From Candidatus Calescibacterium sp. (GTDB lineage Bacteria > Calescibacteriota > Calescibacteriia > Calescibacteriales > Calescibacteriaceae), in contig JAVVGL010000006.1 of assembly GCA_032249135.1 (NCBI GenBank), forward strand, positions 19,792 through 83,791: a stretch of 64,000 bases of DNA. The letters run 5' to 3'. Of the stretch, positions 45,821 through 55,614 are shown piece by piece (the first letter of the stretch is position 1; every line of letters begins with the position of its first letter). The notes under the pieces are model-generated. The model did not search any database and was not told where the DNA came from. It saw only the letters and a program-made list of their open reading frames with translations. The translations under genes were made by a program, and so were the position numbers.

Positions 45821-48800
45821 ATGGCAAAGCATATAATAAAAAGTTTGTTTGGTGAGAGAAAAAGTAAAAAAGTTGAGCTTTTTGCTTCTTTCTTATTTAC
45901 TTCTTTCTTCTCGTTGTTGTTGCTGATATTATTTCCTCAAAAGAAATCTTTTGCTACACCTTTACCCGTTACAACATTTCCCTCTTATCTGCAAAACTCG
46001 GTTGTTTTAAGATTAACAGGGTGTTTAAATCAGTGGCTGCAACAAAATTTCAACTACCTTTTTGTAGATGATGGTGTCTCAGGTTCAGGAGATGAGCTAT
46101 GTCCTGCTGGGCAATATCAAGGAACTCTTGGTTCTTTCTCCACTGTTTCTGTTCCGTGTGGATGGAAGACTTTGAACATGCTAAATGCTCTGATTATGGA
46201 TTTACTTGACAAACAGAAGAAAATTCAAGGCTTAACTCCGCCTGCTGATGATGACCCAGTTATGTGCTGTTGCGATCCTACAAAAGACTCAGAAAACTGC
46301 ACAGGACCTGCTACTCCCGGTTGTCCCTCTCAGTTTCCTAATAGAGGAAAATGCATGGCTTTAAAACCGGAAGCTACAAATTACTTTGTAGTTAATTTCC
46401 TTGACACCTCAGTTACTCCTAATATTATCCGAGGTTATCAGGCATGGGGTGTAACATGGGTTGGAGCTCCGGGTTCAACAACAGCTTATTGGTCAGGGCT
46501 TTTAGACCAGTGTCTCCCTATACCTCTGCTGGGTAATTTGTGTCTGAATTTATCTTTAAACGATGTCTGCAATGCCACAACATGTGGTCCCATCTTAAAT
46601 TACAACGGAACTACGCATCCAGGTAACTGTTGGTACACTCGTACATCGGGAGGGGATCCCGCTAATAACTGTGATGATGATACAACAAACGGATATCGAA
46701 GCGCAAACCGGGATAACTGGATTTTAAGATATAACCCTGTTGGTGGTGTCTCTCTAAATTTCTCTGTCGGTGAGAGCGTTGGTGTTTCATGTGGTATGGG
46801 TGGGGCTCCTTACAGCTATAACGGTAAAATTTTTACGGGAAATGAAGGGTTTATTACTATTGAGCTGTTTTTAAATCCTATTTCTATAGATATAGATGCT
46901 GCAACTCCATCTGCAGGAAATAGAATAACATTTACTGCTTCTTCCCCTCCACCACTTGCTACTAATGTTGCTCCTGGGAGAACAGATTGTAATGATTCTC
47001 AGGCGAACCAGCAAGGTGATTGCTATGTTAGAGCTTATCTTCGTGCAAGAGGAGCTTTGAAACTCAAAGTTGGTGCAACTTTATATTTGGAACACAGAAC
47101 CGGCTCTTGGCCGCACCTACAAGATGTTGGAATAGCCGTAAGAGAAATCAACTTTTCAGAAGCTCCCTGGATATCTCTTGCGTTGGATTGGACCTGGTCT
47201 GAACAAAGCCCGAACTGCACAGCAACAAGTACTCTTTGTGTCAGAAAAAATATAACTGTGAAAGCGATGAAAACTATTGAATTTATAGATGTTGTTTTGA
47301 GAGGTCTTTTCAGATTTGCTTACATTCCCTCGGGGCTTCAACAATATTTTGGTCCGGTTGTTTTTGATATAAGTGGTCTTACACAGATGAAAACCTCTTA
47401 CTTTTTCCCAACCTGGGTCAGACCAATTACAACAGATGATTTACTTATAGATATAGCCCTGGGTGGAGACCCGTATTTGGGAACACAAGTCCTGCGGTCT
47501 AAATCTTGTTTTGCAAGCAACGGAGTGGGTCCTGGAACCAACCGAAATGAGCTTTATCTTATAGGTTCTGCTATGATAGACCTTGACCTTTTCAGGAGAG
47601 GAACAGATTGGAAAAATACAACGCAGTGGTATGATCACAGAATTACTTCTTGCGGATATGTTCCACCTCCTTATGGCAACCATCCAGCCCCTTCTATGAT
47701 TGCAGGTCCTTCTTCGTTTTTCCAGCTCCCGCACGCAGGTTCAAGAGATTCACTTTCTCTTACCTCATGTGAAGCTAATGGGACATTTGTTGGTCTTTCA
47801 ATTTTCCAGAATGTCTTTACATATTTGGTTTCCGATATTGCAACATCTGGTTTAATGTGCCTTGCAATATCTCAAAAAGGAGAGGGATTTGCGTCAGGAC
47901 TTCCTTTGCCTATTTGGACAGTTGGACAAATGAAGCTTATGATTCCTGACCTTTATAACTTCCTTGAATCAGAGTTCGGCTCTAATGTAACAGATATGCC
48001 TATGATTTTTGTATTCAAACCGAAACCATACGCAGCTTATCCCGGATTCCCTCAAACACCACAAGCTTCGTTTGCAAATGATTTGCCTCCAAATACTGTT
48101 GACCCACTCCCAATAACTGCTGATGTACTACTTACACTACCAAATAACGATTTTGAAATTTGGGTTGATGTTGATAACGAACTTGAACAGTGGGGACTTG
48201 GACCAGGGGAAGTAGGGGGAACTTGTACTTATGGTCTAACTCCATCTCCGGTAGGTTGGTGTACTGCTTTCCCTACTGGAACAACTCCTCCGGCTCAAGG
48301 AACAATAGATGTGGGTCCAGTTGGAAATGCATTTCGTAATAACTTTCCAGATTGCGTCTCTTTTATTGATTGTGATTCAACAGTAGGAAATCCATCTGAT
48401 AGGGTAAGGGAAAGAAGGTTTATAGCTCAGTTTAATGTTGGGGTAACTTTGGCTTTGGATTTGAATTTCCTTGGCTGCGGAAGAGGAACATATAAAGTTT
48501 TTGGGAACCTGGCAGCTTACGGTTTCCCATCTACACTCGCAGGTGGTGGATGGTATAACCCTTGGAACCCAGCAACAACCGGAAACTGCACAACCGTAAG
48601 CCACCTGAGGAGAGTAGATTTGACTTTGGGGATGATTTCTCGTGTTGGATCAGTTGATGTTACAAACGATTCAGGAACCGTAAAAGTTTATTATCCGTTT
48701 TCTAATAATACATTTGCTGGTTATCTTGCAGATTTTATAGCTGTTATACTTTCTGGTGCTTTGGCTCTTGACGCTCAGCTCGGATATACACTCTCTGCAA

Positions 48801-49852
48801 TTTTAGACCCAGACGACAACTTATACAGCGCAACGCCTGCAAACAATAATGTTGTTCGTATAGGAGGACACGCAAGAGGTCAAGGAGCTGATAGACTTAT
48901 TCACACATATATCGCAAGAGACGATGTGGGGAACAGTGACTCAGATCCATCAGGTTATCCACAACAGTTTCTCACAATTGCAATTGATTTTCAGGGGTTT
49001 ATTCATCCTAACTTCTTTTATGGGGTTATATCTCAGCTTTTGAGTGGTTCTACTAATATATTTGGTTCTGCTCCAAGATTTGTTGCTGATGGGAATGGTG
49101 AGGTTAATCTTGAATCTTTGAACCCGCTTGTTGAAGTTTGGCAGAAAATAAGCAACGGAGGAGAGTATTTCATAAGTTTCAGAGATATTCAGGAGTTTGT
49201 GAAGAAAATAGAAAAGTCTGGACTTATTGTTCCTATGAAAAAGAATGAAAATGGCGGAATAGATGATTTCCCACCAGAAACTGTGGTAGAATATGTTCAA
49301 GCTTCTCAACCCAAAACTATAATAAAGCTCTCGTGTGTTGATGATTATACAAAGCCAGATAACTGTTGGTTTGGATGGAGATGGAAAGGCAAGATGTGGC
49401 AGCCCTGGATTCAATCTAATACAATTGAAATAAGAGGACTTCCGGATGGCGAGTATGAAATTGAAGTGAGAGCCCTTGATGAAAGAGCTATTCCTGATAT
49501 TACCCCTGTAACCGTAAAATTCGTGGTAGATGATACTCCACCATCTATTTTCTTCCCGAAAAAAGCTTTCTTCAAAAGAGGAGATGTTTTGCGAGTTGAA
49601 CTTTGGGACTACATAACAAAACCAGACGAGATAGAGGTCTCATACAAGATTGATAACTCTGATTGGTCAAGCTGGCAGAAAGTAGATTTCAACGATAAAG
49701 GTTTAGGTATAAAGCTTATAAGACTTCCTGATGAAGTTGGGACACACAAAGTTATAGTAAGAGCCAGAGACAAAAAAGGCAATATTGAAACCCGTGAATT
49801 TTACTTTGATATAGGAGTTCCGGCAAAGGGAATTTTCTCCTGCTCACAATAA
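45821..49852 (+). CDS. Giant Cys-rich secreted surface protein 2 (1343 aa), paralog of giant protein 1, ending at the Cys motif
   Basis: There is a strong SD (AAGGGGGT) and a signal peptide (...LLILFPQKKSFATP). It has a Cys-rich N-terminal third, a central block and two C-terminal Y_Y_Y/Ig-like domains collinear with giant 1. The protein ends ...AKGIFSCSQ*. Confidence 0.88.
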   Translation: MAKHIIKSLFGERKSKKVELFASFLFTSFFSLLLLILFPQKKSFATPLPVTTFPSYLQNSVVLRLTGCLNQWLQQNFNYLFVDDGVSGSGDELCPAGQYQGTLGSFSTVSVPCGWKTLNMLNALIMDLLDKQKKIQGLTPPADDDPVMCCCDPTKDSENCTGPATPGCPSQFPNRGKCMALKPEATNYFVVNFLDTSVTPNIIRGYQAWGVTWVGAPGSTTAYWSGLLDQCLPIPLLGNLCLNLSLNDVCNATTCGPILNYNGTTHPGNCWYTRTSGGDPANNCDDDTTNGYRSANRDNWILRYNPVGGVSLNFSVGESVGVSCGMGGAPYSYNGKIFTGNEGFITIELFLNPISIDIDAATPSAGNRITFTASSPPPLATNVAPGRTDCNDSQANQQGDCYVRAYLRARGALKLKVGATLYLEHRTGSWPHLQDVGIAVREINFSEAPWISLALDWTWSEQSPNCTATSTLCVRKNITVKAMKTIEFIDVVLRGLFRFAYIPSGLQQYFGPVVFDISGLTQMKTSYFFPTWVRPITTDDLLIDIALGGDPYLGTQVLRSKSCFASNGVGPGTNRNELYLIGSAMIDLDLFRRGTDWKNTTQWYDHRITSCGYVPPPYGNHPAPSMIAGPSSFFQLPHAGSRDSLSLTSCEANGTFVGLSIFQNVFTYLVSDIATSGLMCLAISQKGEGFASGLPLPIWTVGQMKLMIPDLYNFLESEFGSNVTDMPMIFVFKPKPYAAYPGFPQTPQASFANDLPPNTVDPLPITADVLLTLPNNDFEIWVDVDNELEQWGLGPGEVGGTCTYGLTPSPVGWCTAFPTGTTPPAQGTIDVGPVGNAFRNNFPDCVSFIDCDSTVGNPSDRVRERRFIAQFNVGVTLALDLNFLGCGRGTYKVFGNLAAYGFPSTLAGGGWYNPWNPATTGNCTTVSHLRRVDLTLGMISRVGSVDVTNDSGTVKVYYPFSNNTFAGYLADFIAVILSGALALDAQLGYTLSAILDPDDNLYSATPANNNVVRIGGHARGQGADRLIHTYIARDDVGNSDSDPSGYPQQFLTIAIDFQGFIHPNFFYGVISQLLSGSTNIFGSAPRFVADGNGEVNLESLNPLVEVWQKISNGGEYFISFRDIQEFVKKIEKSGLIVPMKKNENGGIDDFPPETVVEYVQASQPKTIIKLSCVDDYTKPDNCWFGWRWKGKMWQPWIQSNTIEIRGLPDGEYEIEVRALDERAIPDITPVTVKFVVDDTPPSIFFPKKAFFKRGDVLRVELWDYITKPDEIEVSYKIDNSDWSSWQKVDFNDKGLGIKLIRLPDEVGTHKVIVRARDKKGNIETREFYFDIGVPAKGIFSCSQ
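49829..49849 (+). other. C-terminal GIFSCSQ motif (Cys motif without following TM/basic tail)
   Basis: This is the last 7 codons before TAA at 49850-49852. Compare GVFGCSS (giant 1) and GEFGCSC (M6 protease). Confidence 0.5.
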
Positions 49853-49934
49853 TTTTTGCAATATTACACATTGATTTTTAAATTCTTTTTTGTACAAAAA
49901 TCTTTTTTTGGTTTGATTACTATATTTAAGTCCT

Positions 49935-51335
49935 ATGGTTAAAACACGATTTGCTCCTTCTCCTACCGGTAGATTTCATGTTGGTGTTGCAAGAACTGCT
50001 CTTTTCTCTTATCTTTGGGCAAGAAAAAATAACGGGAAATTCATTTTAAGAATTGATGACACAGATAAAGAAAGATCAAAAAAAGAGTTTGAAGATGAAA
50101 TAAAAGAAGGTTTAAAATTTTTAGGCATTGATTGGGACTTGGAATTTAGACAATCGGAAAGATTAGAAATATACAAAAAAATTGCATTTCGGTTGATTGA
50201 CGAAGGATTAGCTTATAGGTGCTATTGCTCACCAGAAGAACTTGAAAAATATAGAGAAGAAGCTCTGAGAAAGAAAATATCTCCCAGATATCCTAAAACT
50301 TGTAGAACGAGAAAGGATTCGCCGGATAAACCTTTTGCGATAAGGCTCAAAGTTCCAGAAGACGAGCTTTATATTGAGTTTGAAGACCTGGTTATGGGAA
50401 AAGTGAGAGTTGATACATCTGAAATTGAGGATTTCGTTCTTTTGCGTTCAGATGGTTCACCAACATATAACCTCGCATCAGTTGTTGATGATGCTGAATT
50501 CAAAATAACACATATAATAAGAGGGGCAGACCACATATCCAATACTCCAAAACAGATTTTACTTTTTAGGTTTTTAGGACATATCCCCAAGTTCGCTCAT
50601 ATACCTCTTGTTTTGCCAGACGAAGGGATTGGCAAAATTTCAAAAAGAGCAGCACAAGATGTCAGCAAAATTTATATTCTTGACCTCAAAAAAGAAGGGT
50701 TTTTGCAAGAGGCAATTGTAAATCATCTCGCAAGACTTGGCTGGTCCTTCGGAGATAAAGAAATATTCTCAAAAGATGAACTCATTCAGCTTTTTGATAT
50801 CAAAAGCATTCACAGAGCTCCCGCAAGATACAACTTTGATAAACTCTACTGGCTCAACTCTGAATGGATAAAAATCTTAGATGACTCGGAACTTATAAAG
50901 AGACTCTCTGATTTTTCAGGAATGAAATTTTCAGAAGATCAAGAAAAGAAAATCTTCAAAATTTTGCCTCAGGTGAAAATAAGGGTAAGAAACCTCAGAG
51001 AAATGTTAGATATGATTTTGCCTTTGTTTGAACTAAAAAATTATGATGTAGAAGGTCTTGAAAAATTTGTAAAAACTCAAAAAGGAAAGTTCGTTCTTCA
51101 AGAATTTGTGAGAAAACTTAAAGATGTAAATTTTGATGGAGAAGATAGTAGGAAAAATTTTGATTTTGTTATGAAAGAGATTGCAGATAAAGTTGGAGAA
51201 AAAGTCGTTTTTGTTGCTCAAACTTTGAGAGTTGCTCTCGTTGGCAAACTCGTCTCTCCCCCTCTTTTTGATGTAATAAGCGCAATTGGAAAAGATGAAG
51301 CACTATCAAGAATAAAAAAAGCTCTGGAACTCTGA
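49935..51335 (+). CDS. gltX: Glutamate--tRNA ligase
   Basis: RFAPSPTGRFHVGVARTALFSY (HIGH region), RIDDTD, VLLRSDGSPTYNLASVVDD and the KMSKS-type GKISKR motif are present. Confidence 0.93.
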   Translation: MVKTRFAPSPTGRFHVGVARTALFSYLWARKNNGKFILRIDDTDKERSKKEFEDEIKEGLKFLGIDWDLEFRQSERLEIYKKIAFRLIDEGLAYRCYCSPEELEKYREEALRKKISPRYPKTCRTRKDSPDKPFAIRLKVPEDELYIEFEDLVMGKVRVDTSEIEDFVLLRSDGSPTYNLASVVDDAEFKITHIIRGADHISNTPKQILLFRFLGHIPKFAHIPLVLPDEGIGKISKRAAQDVSKIYILDLKKEGFLQEAIVNHLARLGWSFGDKEIFSKDELIQLFDIKSIHRAPARYNFDKLYWLNSEWIKILDDSELIKRLSDFSGMKFSEDQEKKIFKILPQVKIRVRNLREMLDMILPLFELKNYDVEGLEKFVKTQKGKFVLQEFVRKLKDVNFDGEDSRKNFDFVMKEIADKVGEKVVFVAQTLRVALVGKLVSPPLFDVISAIGKDEALSRIKKALEL

Positions 51336-51393
51336 AATTTTTTAGACCGAAAATATTCCAAAATTGATCTTCAAATTCAACTGCTTTTCAAAA

Positions 51394-52467
51394 CTACGGA
51401 ATCCACTTATTTTCTCTGTACCATTTTACAGTTTGTTCTATTCCTTCTTTGAATGTAAATTTTGGCTTGAAACCTATCTTTTTTATTTTTTCTGTGCTGT
51501 ACATAAAATCTCCCGCAAAGTAATCGTTCCACTCTCTATCAAGTCTTGGTCTCAAAGGAGTGTTAAGATTTTTCTCTTTTGCAACCTCAAACCATATATT
51601 CAGAACTTTTTCTTTCAAATCGTCATATATAGGAAGATGTGAAATAAAGAGTGTGAGAGGTCTTGCGACAAAGTATGGAATTGATTTTTTAAGTTCAACC
51701 CCGCATGCATTTGCTATGACCTCAAGCATATCTCCAAATGGCAAAGGAGTATCATCTGCTACATTAAATATCCTTGAGTCAGCTGAATCCTGGTCTATTT
51801 TTTCGCTGAAGAATCTTTTTATCACAACATCAACCGCATGAGCAACATCTAAAACATGAACAGAGTGAGTCATAGGACCCCCTTTTACAGATGGTAAAAC
51901 TTTTTTCCCTTTTTCTCTTGCAAGAGAATACAAACCTATGAGCATCGCATAACCATATTTTGACCTCGGACCATACATCAAGGTTGGACGAAGTATCACT
52001 GCATGAAGTCCCATTTTTATATAAGTTTTTACCACATCTTCTCCTTCTTTTTTTGTCTTCTCATAATGATTTCGTGGTTTTGGATTTGTATTTTCATCTG
52101 CCGGGATTTTTTCTGGTTTTCCATAAATTCCTGTTGAACTTATGTGTATGAACAATCCTACTTTTCCCAAACTTGCTCTGCAAATTCTTTCCACTGCGTC
52201 TACATTTACTCTTCTCATAAGTTTGGGGTTTGCTGAAAGATCAAAAATTCCGGCTGTATGAATTAAAACATCAATATCTTTTTTGAAAAGCTCAGAAAGT
52301 GTGTCTGATGTGAGATCGCAAGGAATTACATCCTCACAAAATTTTTCTATTTCAGAAAAATCTGCTCCCGGTATATCGGTAGCGACTACTTTGTATCCTT
52401 GTTCTGATAAAAATTCAACAAGATTTACTCCTAAAAAACCTGCTGCACCTGTTACAAGACATCTCAT
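51394..52467 (-). CDS. NAD-dependent epimerase/dehydratase (extended SDR)
   Basis: It has the Rossmann motif VTGAAGFLGVNLV and the catalytic YEKTK (YxxxK). The substrate cannot be assigned. Confidence 0.75.
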   Translation of the reverse strand: MRCLVTGAAGFLGVNLVEFLSEQGYKVVATDIPGADFSEIEKFCEDVIPCDLTSDTLSELFKKDIDVLIHTAGIFDLSANPKLMRRVNVDAVERICRASLGKVGLFIHISSTGIYGKPEKIPADENTNPKPRNHYEKTKKEGEDVVKTYIKMGLHAVILRPTLMYGPRSKYGYAMLIGLYSLAREKGKKVLPSVKGGPMTHSVHVLDVAHAVDVVIKRFFSEKIDQDSADSRIFNVADDTPLPFGDMLEVIANACGVELKKSIPYFVARPLTLFISHLPIYDDLKEKVLNIWFEVAKEKNLNTPLRPRLDREWNDYFAGDFMYSTEKIKKIGFKPKFTFKEGIEQTVKWYRENKWIP

Positions 52468-52485
52468 AAAGTGTAAATTTTTTAT

Positions 52486-53376
52486 TTACACTTGATTTTT
52501 GCAAGTTCCAAAAATTTTTTCTACCTCGTCAAGCACAATATCTGCAAGGTAAGAACTTCTGACATTTGGACCAGCGAAAACCGCTTTGAAACCTAATTTT
52601 TTGCAAAATTCTCTCAAAAACTCCCATTTTTCTTCGGGAATGAAAGAATAAACTTTTCCGTTCTTTGTAAGAGATGGTTGAAAGTACTGACCAAAAGTTA
52701 TTATATCGCAGCCAGTTTGAGCGATTTTCTCAATAGCCCTTTTTAACTCGTCATCTTTTTCTCCCATTCCTAAAATAATGGATGTTTTCGTTATAAAACC
52801 TTTGCTTTTTGCATATTTTAGGAGTTCAAGTGATTTTTCAAAATCTCCCTTGGGTCTTACTCTTTTATAAAGTTCCGGTACAGTTTCAACATTATGGGCA
52901 AAAACATCAGGTTTTGCCGAAAGCACTATATCTAAATTTTTTATTTCGTATTTTAGGTCAGGACATAATATCTCTACTTTGCATCCTATTTCTTTTACTG
53001 CTTTTATGCATTCTGATATATGTTTTGCTCCACCGTCTTCAAGATCGTCTCTTGTAGGAGATGTAATCACAACATATCTTATTCCCATCTCTTTTACGGC
53101 ATTTTTTAGGTTTTCGGGCTCATTTGGATCAAGAGGTGGGGGATTTTTTGATTTTTCTATTGCACAAAAAGAGCAGTATCTTGTGCAAATTCTACCCATA
53201 ATAAGAAAAGTTGCCGTATGTCTTCTCCCAAAACATTCTGATATGTTCGGACATAGCGATTCCTCGCAAACTGTATGTAATTTATATCTTCTCAGAATCT
53301 CTTTTATTCTGTGTGTCTCTGAAAATCTTACCTTTGGTTTTATTTCTTTTGATTCTGCTCTAATCACTTTTATCAT
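52486..53376 (-). CDS. lipA: Lipoyl synthase
   Basis: It has the auxiliary cluster motif CEESLCPNISEC and the radical-SAM motif CTRYCSFCAI. Confidence 0.92.
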   Translation of the reverse strand: MIKVIRAESKEIKPKVRFSETHRIKEILRRYKLHTVCEESLCPNISECFGRRHTATFLIMGRICTRYCSFCAIEKSKNPPPLDPNEPENLKNAVKEMGIRYVVITSPTRDDLEDGGAKHISECIKAVKEIGCKVEILCPDLKYEIKNLDIVLSAKPDVFAHNVETVPELYKRVRPKGDFEKSLELLKYAKSKGFITKTSIILGMGEKDDELKRAIEKIAQTGCDIITFGQYFQPSLTKNGKVYSFIPEEKWEFLREFCKKLGFKAVFAGPNVRSSYLADIVLDEVEKIFGTCKNQV

Positions 53377-53453
53377 TCAAATTTTTCGGATCACTCAAAC
53401 TTTTTGAAAAAATTAAAAATATTATATTTTTGACCTAAAAAGGAAGGGATAAA

Positions 53454-54125
53454 ATGAAAATATTTCTTGATACCGCAAATATAGAGGAGATTTCAAAGGC
53501 AGTTCAGACTGGACTTATAGATGGTGTCACAACTAATCCGTCTTTGCTCTCGCAGGAAGCACAAGGAAATCCGATTGAACATATAAGGAAAATTACAAGG
53601 TTGGTTCCGGGTTCAGTCAGTGTTGAGGTTACAGAAACATCAGCGGAAAAAATAGTTTCGCAGGCAAGAGTGATTTCTGAAATATCTCCAAATATTGTTG
53701 TGAAAATACCAATGACGGAGGATGGAATAAAGGCTACTTACAGACTTTCTCAGGAAGGAATAAAGGTTAATGTAACTTTGATTTTCTCTCCATCGCAAGC
53801 TTTACTTGCTATGAAAGCAGGGGCTTACTTTATATCTCCGTTCATAGGTAGATTAGATGATATATCGCAAGATGGGCTCAACCTCATAAGAGAAATAGTT
53901 CAGATAAAGAAAAATTATGGATTTAGAACCGAAGTTTTAGCTGCGTCTTTGAGACATCCTATGCATTTTGTTGAAGCCGCAAAAGTTGGGGTTGATATTG
54001 TTACAATTCCTCCAAAAATATTTTGGCAGCTTTTCAAACATCCTCTCACAGATTCTGGGCTCAAAAAATTTCTTGATGATTGGTCATCAAAATTCAAAGA
54101 TGGATTTTTATTTGACAAAAAATAA
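53454..54125 (+). CDS. tal: Transaldolase type 3B / fructose-6-phosphate aldolase family
   Basis: MKIFLDTANIEEI...GVTTNPSL, VKIP (Schiff-base Lys context) and ISPFIGRLDD are present, and the size is ~220 aa. Confidence 0.9.
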   Translation: MKIFLDTANIEEISKAVQTGLIDGVTTNPSLLSQEAQGNPIEHIRKITRLVPGSVSVEVTETSAEKIVSQARVISEISPNIVVKIPMTEDGIKATYRLSQEGIKVNVTLIFSPSQALLAMKAGAYFISPFIGRLDDISQDGLNLIREIVQIKKNYGFRTEVLAASLRHPMHFVEAAKVGVDIVTIPPKIFWQLFKHPLTDSGLKKFLDDWSSKFKDGFLFDKK

Positions 54126-54143
54126 TGAGTTTGACAAAGAGAA

Positions 54144-55595
54144 ATGAAAATTGCGGTTCTTGGAACAGAATCTGATGCAGGAAAAACTCACATAGTATCT
54201 GGTCTCTGCTGGATTTTAAGTCAAAAAAATAAAGTTAGTATTTTCCCTTTCAAAGGTCAGAATATGTCTTTGAATGCTTTTTTAGGGAAAGATAATGGTG
54301 AGATGGCTTTTGCACAGGCGTTTCAGGCTATGTGTTCTTTGCGAGAACCTCTGTCTCATATGAACCCGGTTTTACTCAAACCTATTTCAGATGGAAAAAT
54401 TGATGTTGTTGTTTTCGGAAAATCGCAAGGTCCCAAAACCTCATCAGAATACTGGAAAAGTTATAAAGCCCGCGTTAAAGATTTGGTTTTTGATGAATTC
54501 TCAAAAATTTTGAAAAGGGAGTCAAATGTGATAATTGAAGGAGCTGGAAGCTGTTCTGAGGTAAACATGAAACCTTTTGATTTCTCCAATACAGAGCTCT
54601 GCAAAAATTTTTCTATTCCTTTTTTGGTGGTAGCAGATATTTATAGAGGCGGTGTCTTTGCAAAAATAGTTGGAACATACGAGATTTTTGATAAGAAAGA
54701 AAAAGATTTGCTCTGTGGGTTTATAATAAACAAAATGGTAGGAGATAAAAGTCTTCTCAAAGACGGAATAGATTTTGTTGAAAAGAAAACCGGGAAAAAA
54801 GTTCTCGGTGTGATACCTTTTGTGCCAGACCTCAAACTTCCACCAGAAGATGAACTTGATATACTAAACCAAATAGGGATTTTGGATGGAAAAGGAAATG
54901 ATAGAAATGATGATAAAAATAATAATAAAAAAATAAAGGTTTATGCTGTAAAAACTCCGTATCTATCTAATTACTTTGATTTTTATCCTTTCATCATAGA
55001 TGATAATTTTGAATTCAGATTTGCGCTTTATCCATCTCAGCTTGACGATGGGGATTTGATAGTTCTGGGGGGTTCAAGGAATGTTTTTTATGATCTCAAG
55101 TTTTTGAAAGAGAAAGGCTTTGCACAAAAAATAATGAGTTTTATTGGCAAGAAAAAAAACAAACTCATAATAGCTATATGCGGCGGTTATGAATTCTTTT
55201 TCAGTAAAATATCAGATAAACTTGAAATAGAGGGAAATGGAGTAGAGGAGGGGTTAGGTTTGATAAGTGAGAAAATTGAATTTCAAAGAGAAAAAATAAC
55301 AAGATGGCGTAAAATAAAGGTAGAAGCTCCGTTCTTTTCAGGTTTAGTTGAGGGTTTTGATTTAAGGCATGGAAGAACTTCTGAAAATTTAGATTACTTT
55401 TCATACAAAAACTTTTTCGGTACTTTTTTGCATTCAATATTTTGGAACGATGATTTCCGCTTTGCAATTTTAAAATACTTTGGAGTTGAAGAACAAAAAC
55501 CTCTTTGGTCTCTTATATCTTCTAAGATGGAAAAGTGGTCAGATTTGCTGGTACAAAATTTAGACTTAAATTTTATTGAGAGCTTATTATCTTGA
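54144..55595 (+). CDS. cobQ: Cobyric acid synthase
   Basis: GTESDAGKTHIVSGLC, PFKGQNMSLNAF, MNPVLLKP and the GATase-like IAICGGYEF and RHGRT blocks are present. There is an N/D/K-rich insert (GKGNDRNDDKNNNKK). Confidence 0.85.
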   Translation: MKIAVLGTESDAGKTHIVSGLCWILSQKNKVSIFPFKGQNMSLNAFLGKDNGEMAFAQAFQAMCSLREPLSHMNPVLLKPISDGKIDVVVFGKSQGPKTSSEYWKSYKARVKDLVFDEFSKILKRESNVIIEGAGSCSEVNMKPFDFSNTELCKNFSIPFLVVADIYRGGVFAKIVGTYEIFDKKEKDLLCGFIINKMVGDKSLLKDGIDFVEKKTGKKVLGVIPFVPDLKLPPEDELDILNQIGILDGKGNDRNDDKNNNKKIKVYAVKTPYLSNYFDFYPFIIDDNFEFRFALYPSQLDDGDLIVLGGSRNVFYDLKFLKEKGFAQKIMSFIGKKKNKLIIAICGGYEFFFSKISDKLEIEGNGVEEGLGLISEKIEFQREKITRWRKIKVEAPFFSGLVEGFDLRHGRTSENLDYFSYKNFFGTFLHSIFWNDDFRFAILKYFGVEEQKPLWSLISSKMEKWSDLLVQNLDLNFIESLLS

Positions 55596-55614
55596 TTGGG
55601 CTATTATTATCATC

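Noticed and set aside
48950-49414. A 154-aa minus-strand ORF lies inside giant gene 2. Similar antisense ORFs occur in rpoC (1341-1964) and the epimerase gene (51364-51642 on plus).
   Set aside because: They are antisense to strongly supported coding frames and have no motifs or translation signals.
49853-49933. Possible stop-codon read-through of giant gene 2 into a hydrophobic tail (FLQYYTLIFKFFFVQKSFFGLITIFKSYG).
   Set aside because: The segment has interspersed Lys, lacks the polybasic end seen in the other two tails, and lies in AT-rich DNA where F/L/I/K/Y codons arise by default. It is kept only as a note in the findings and is not annotated.
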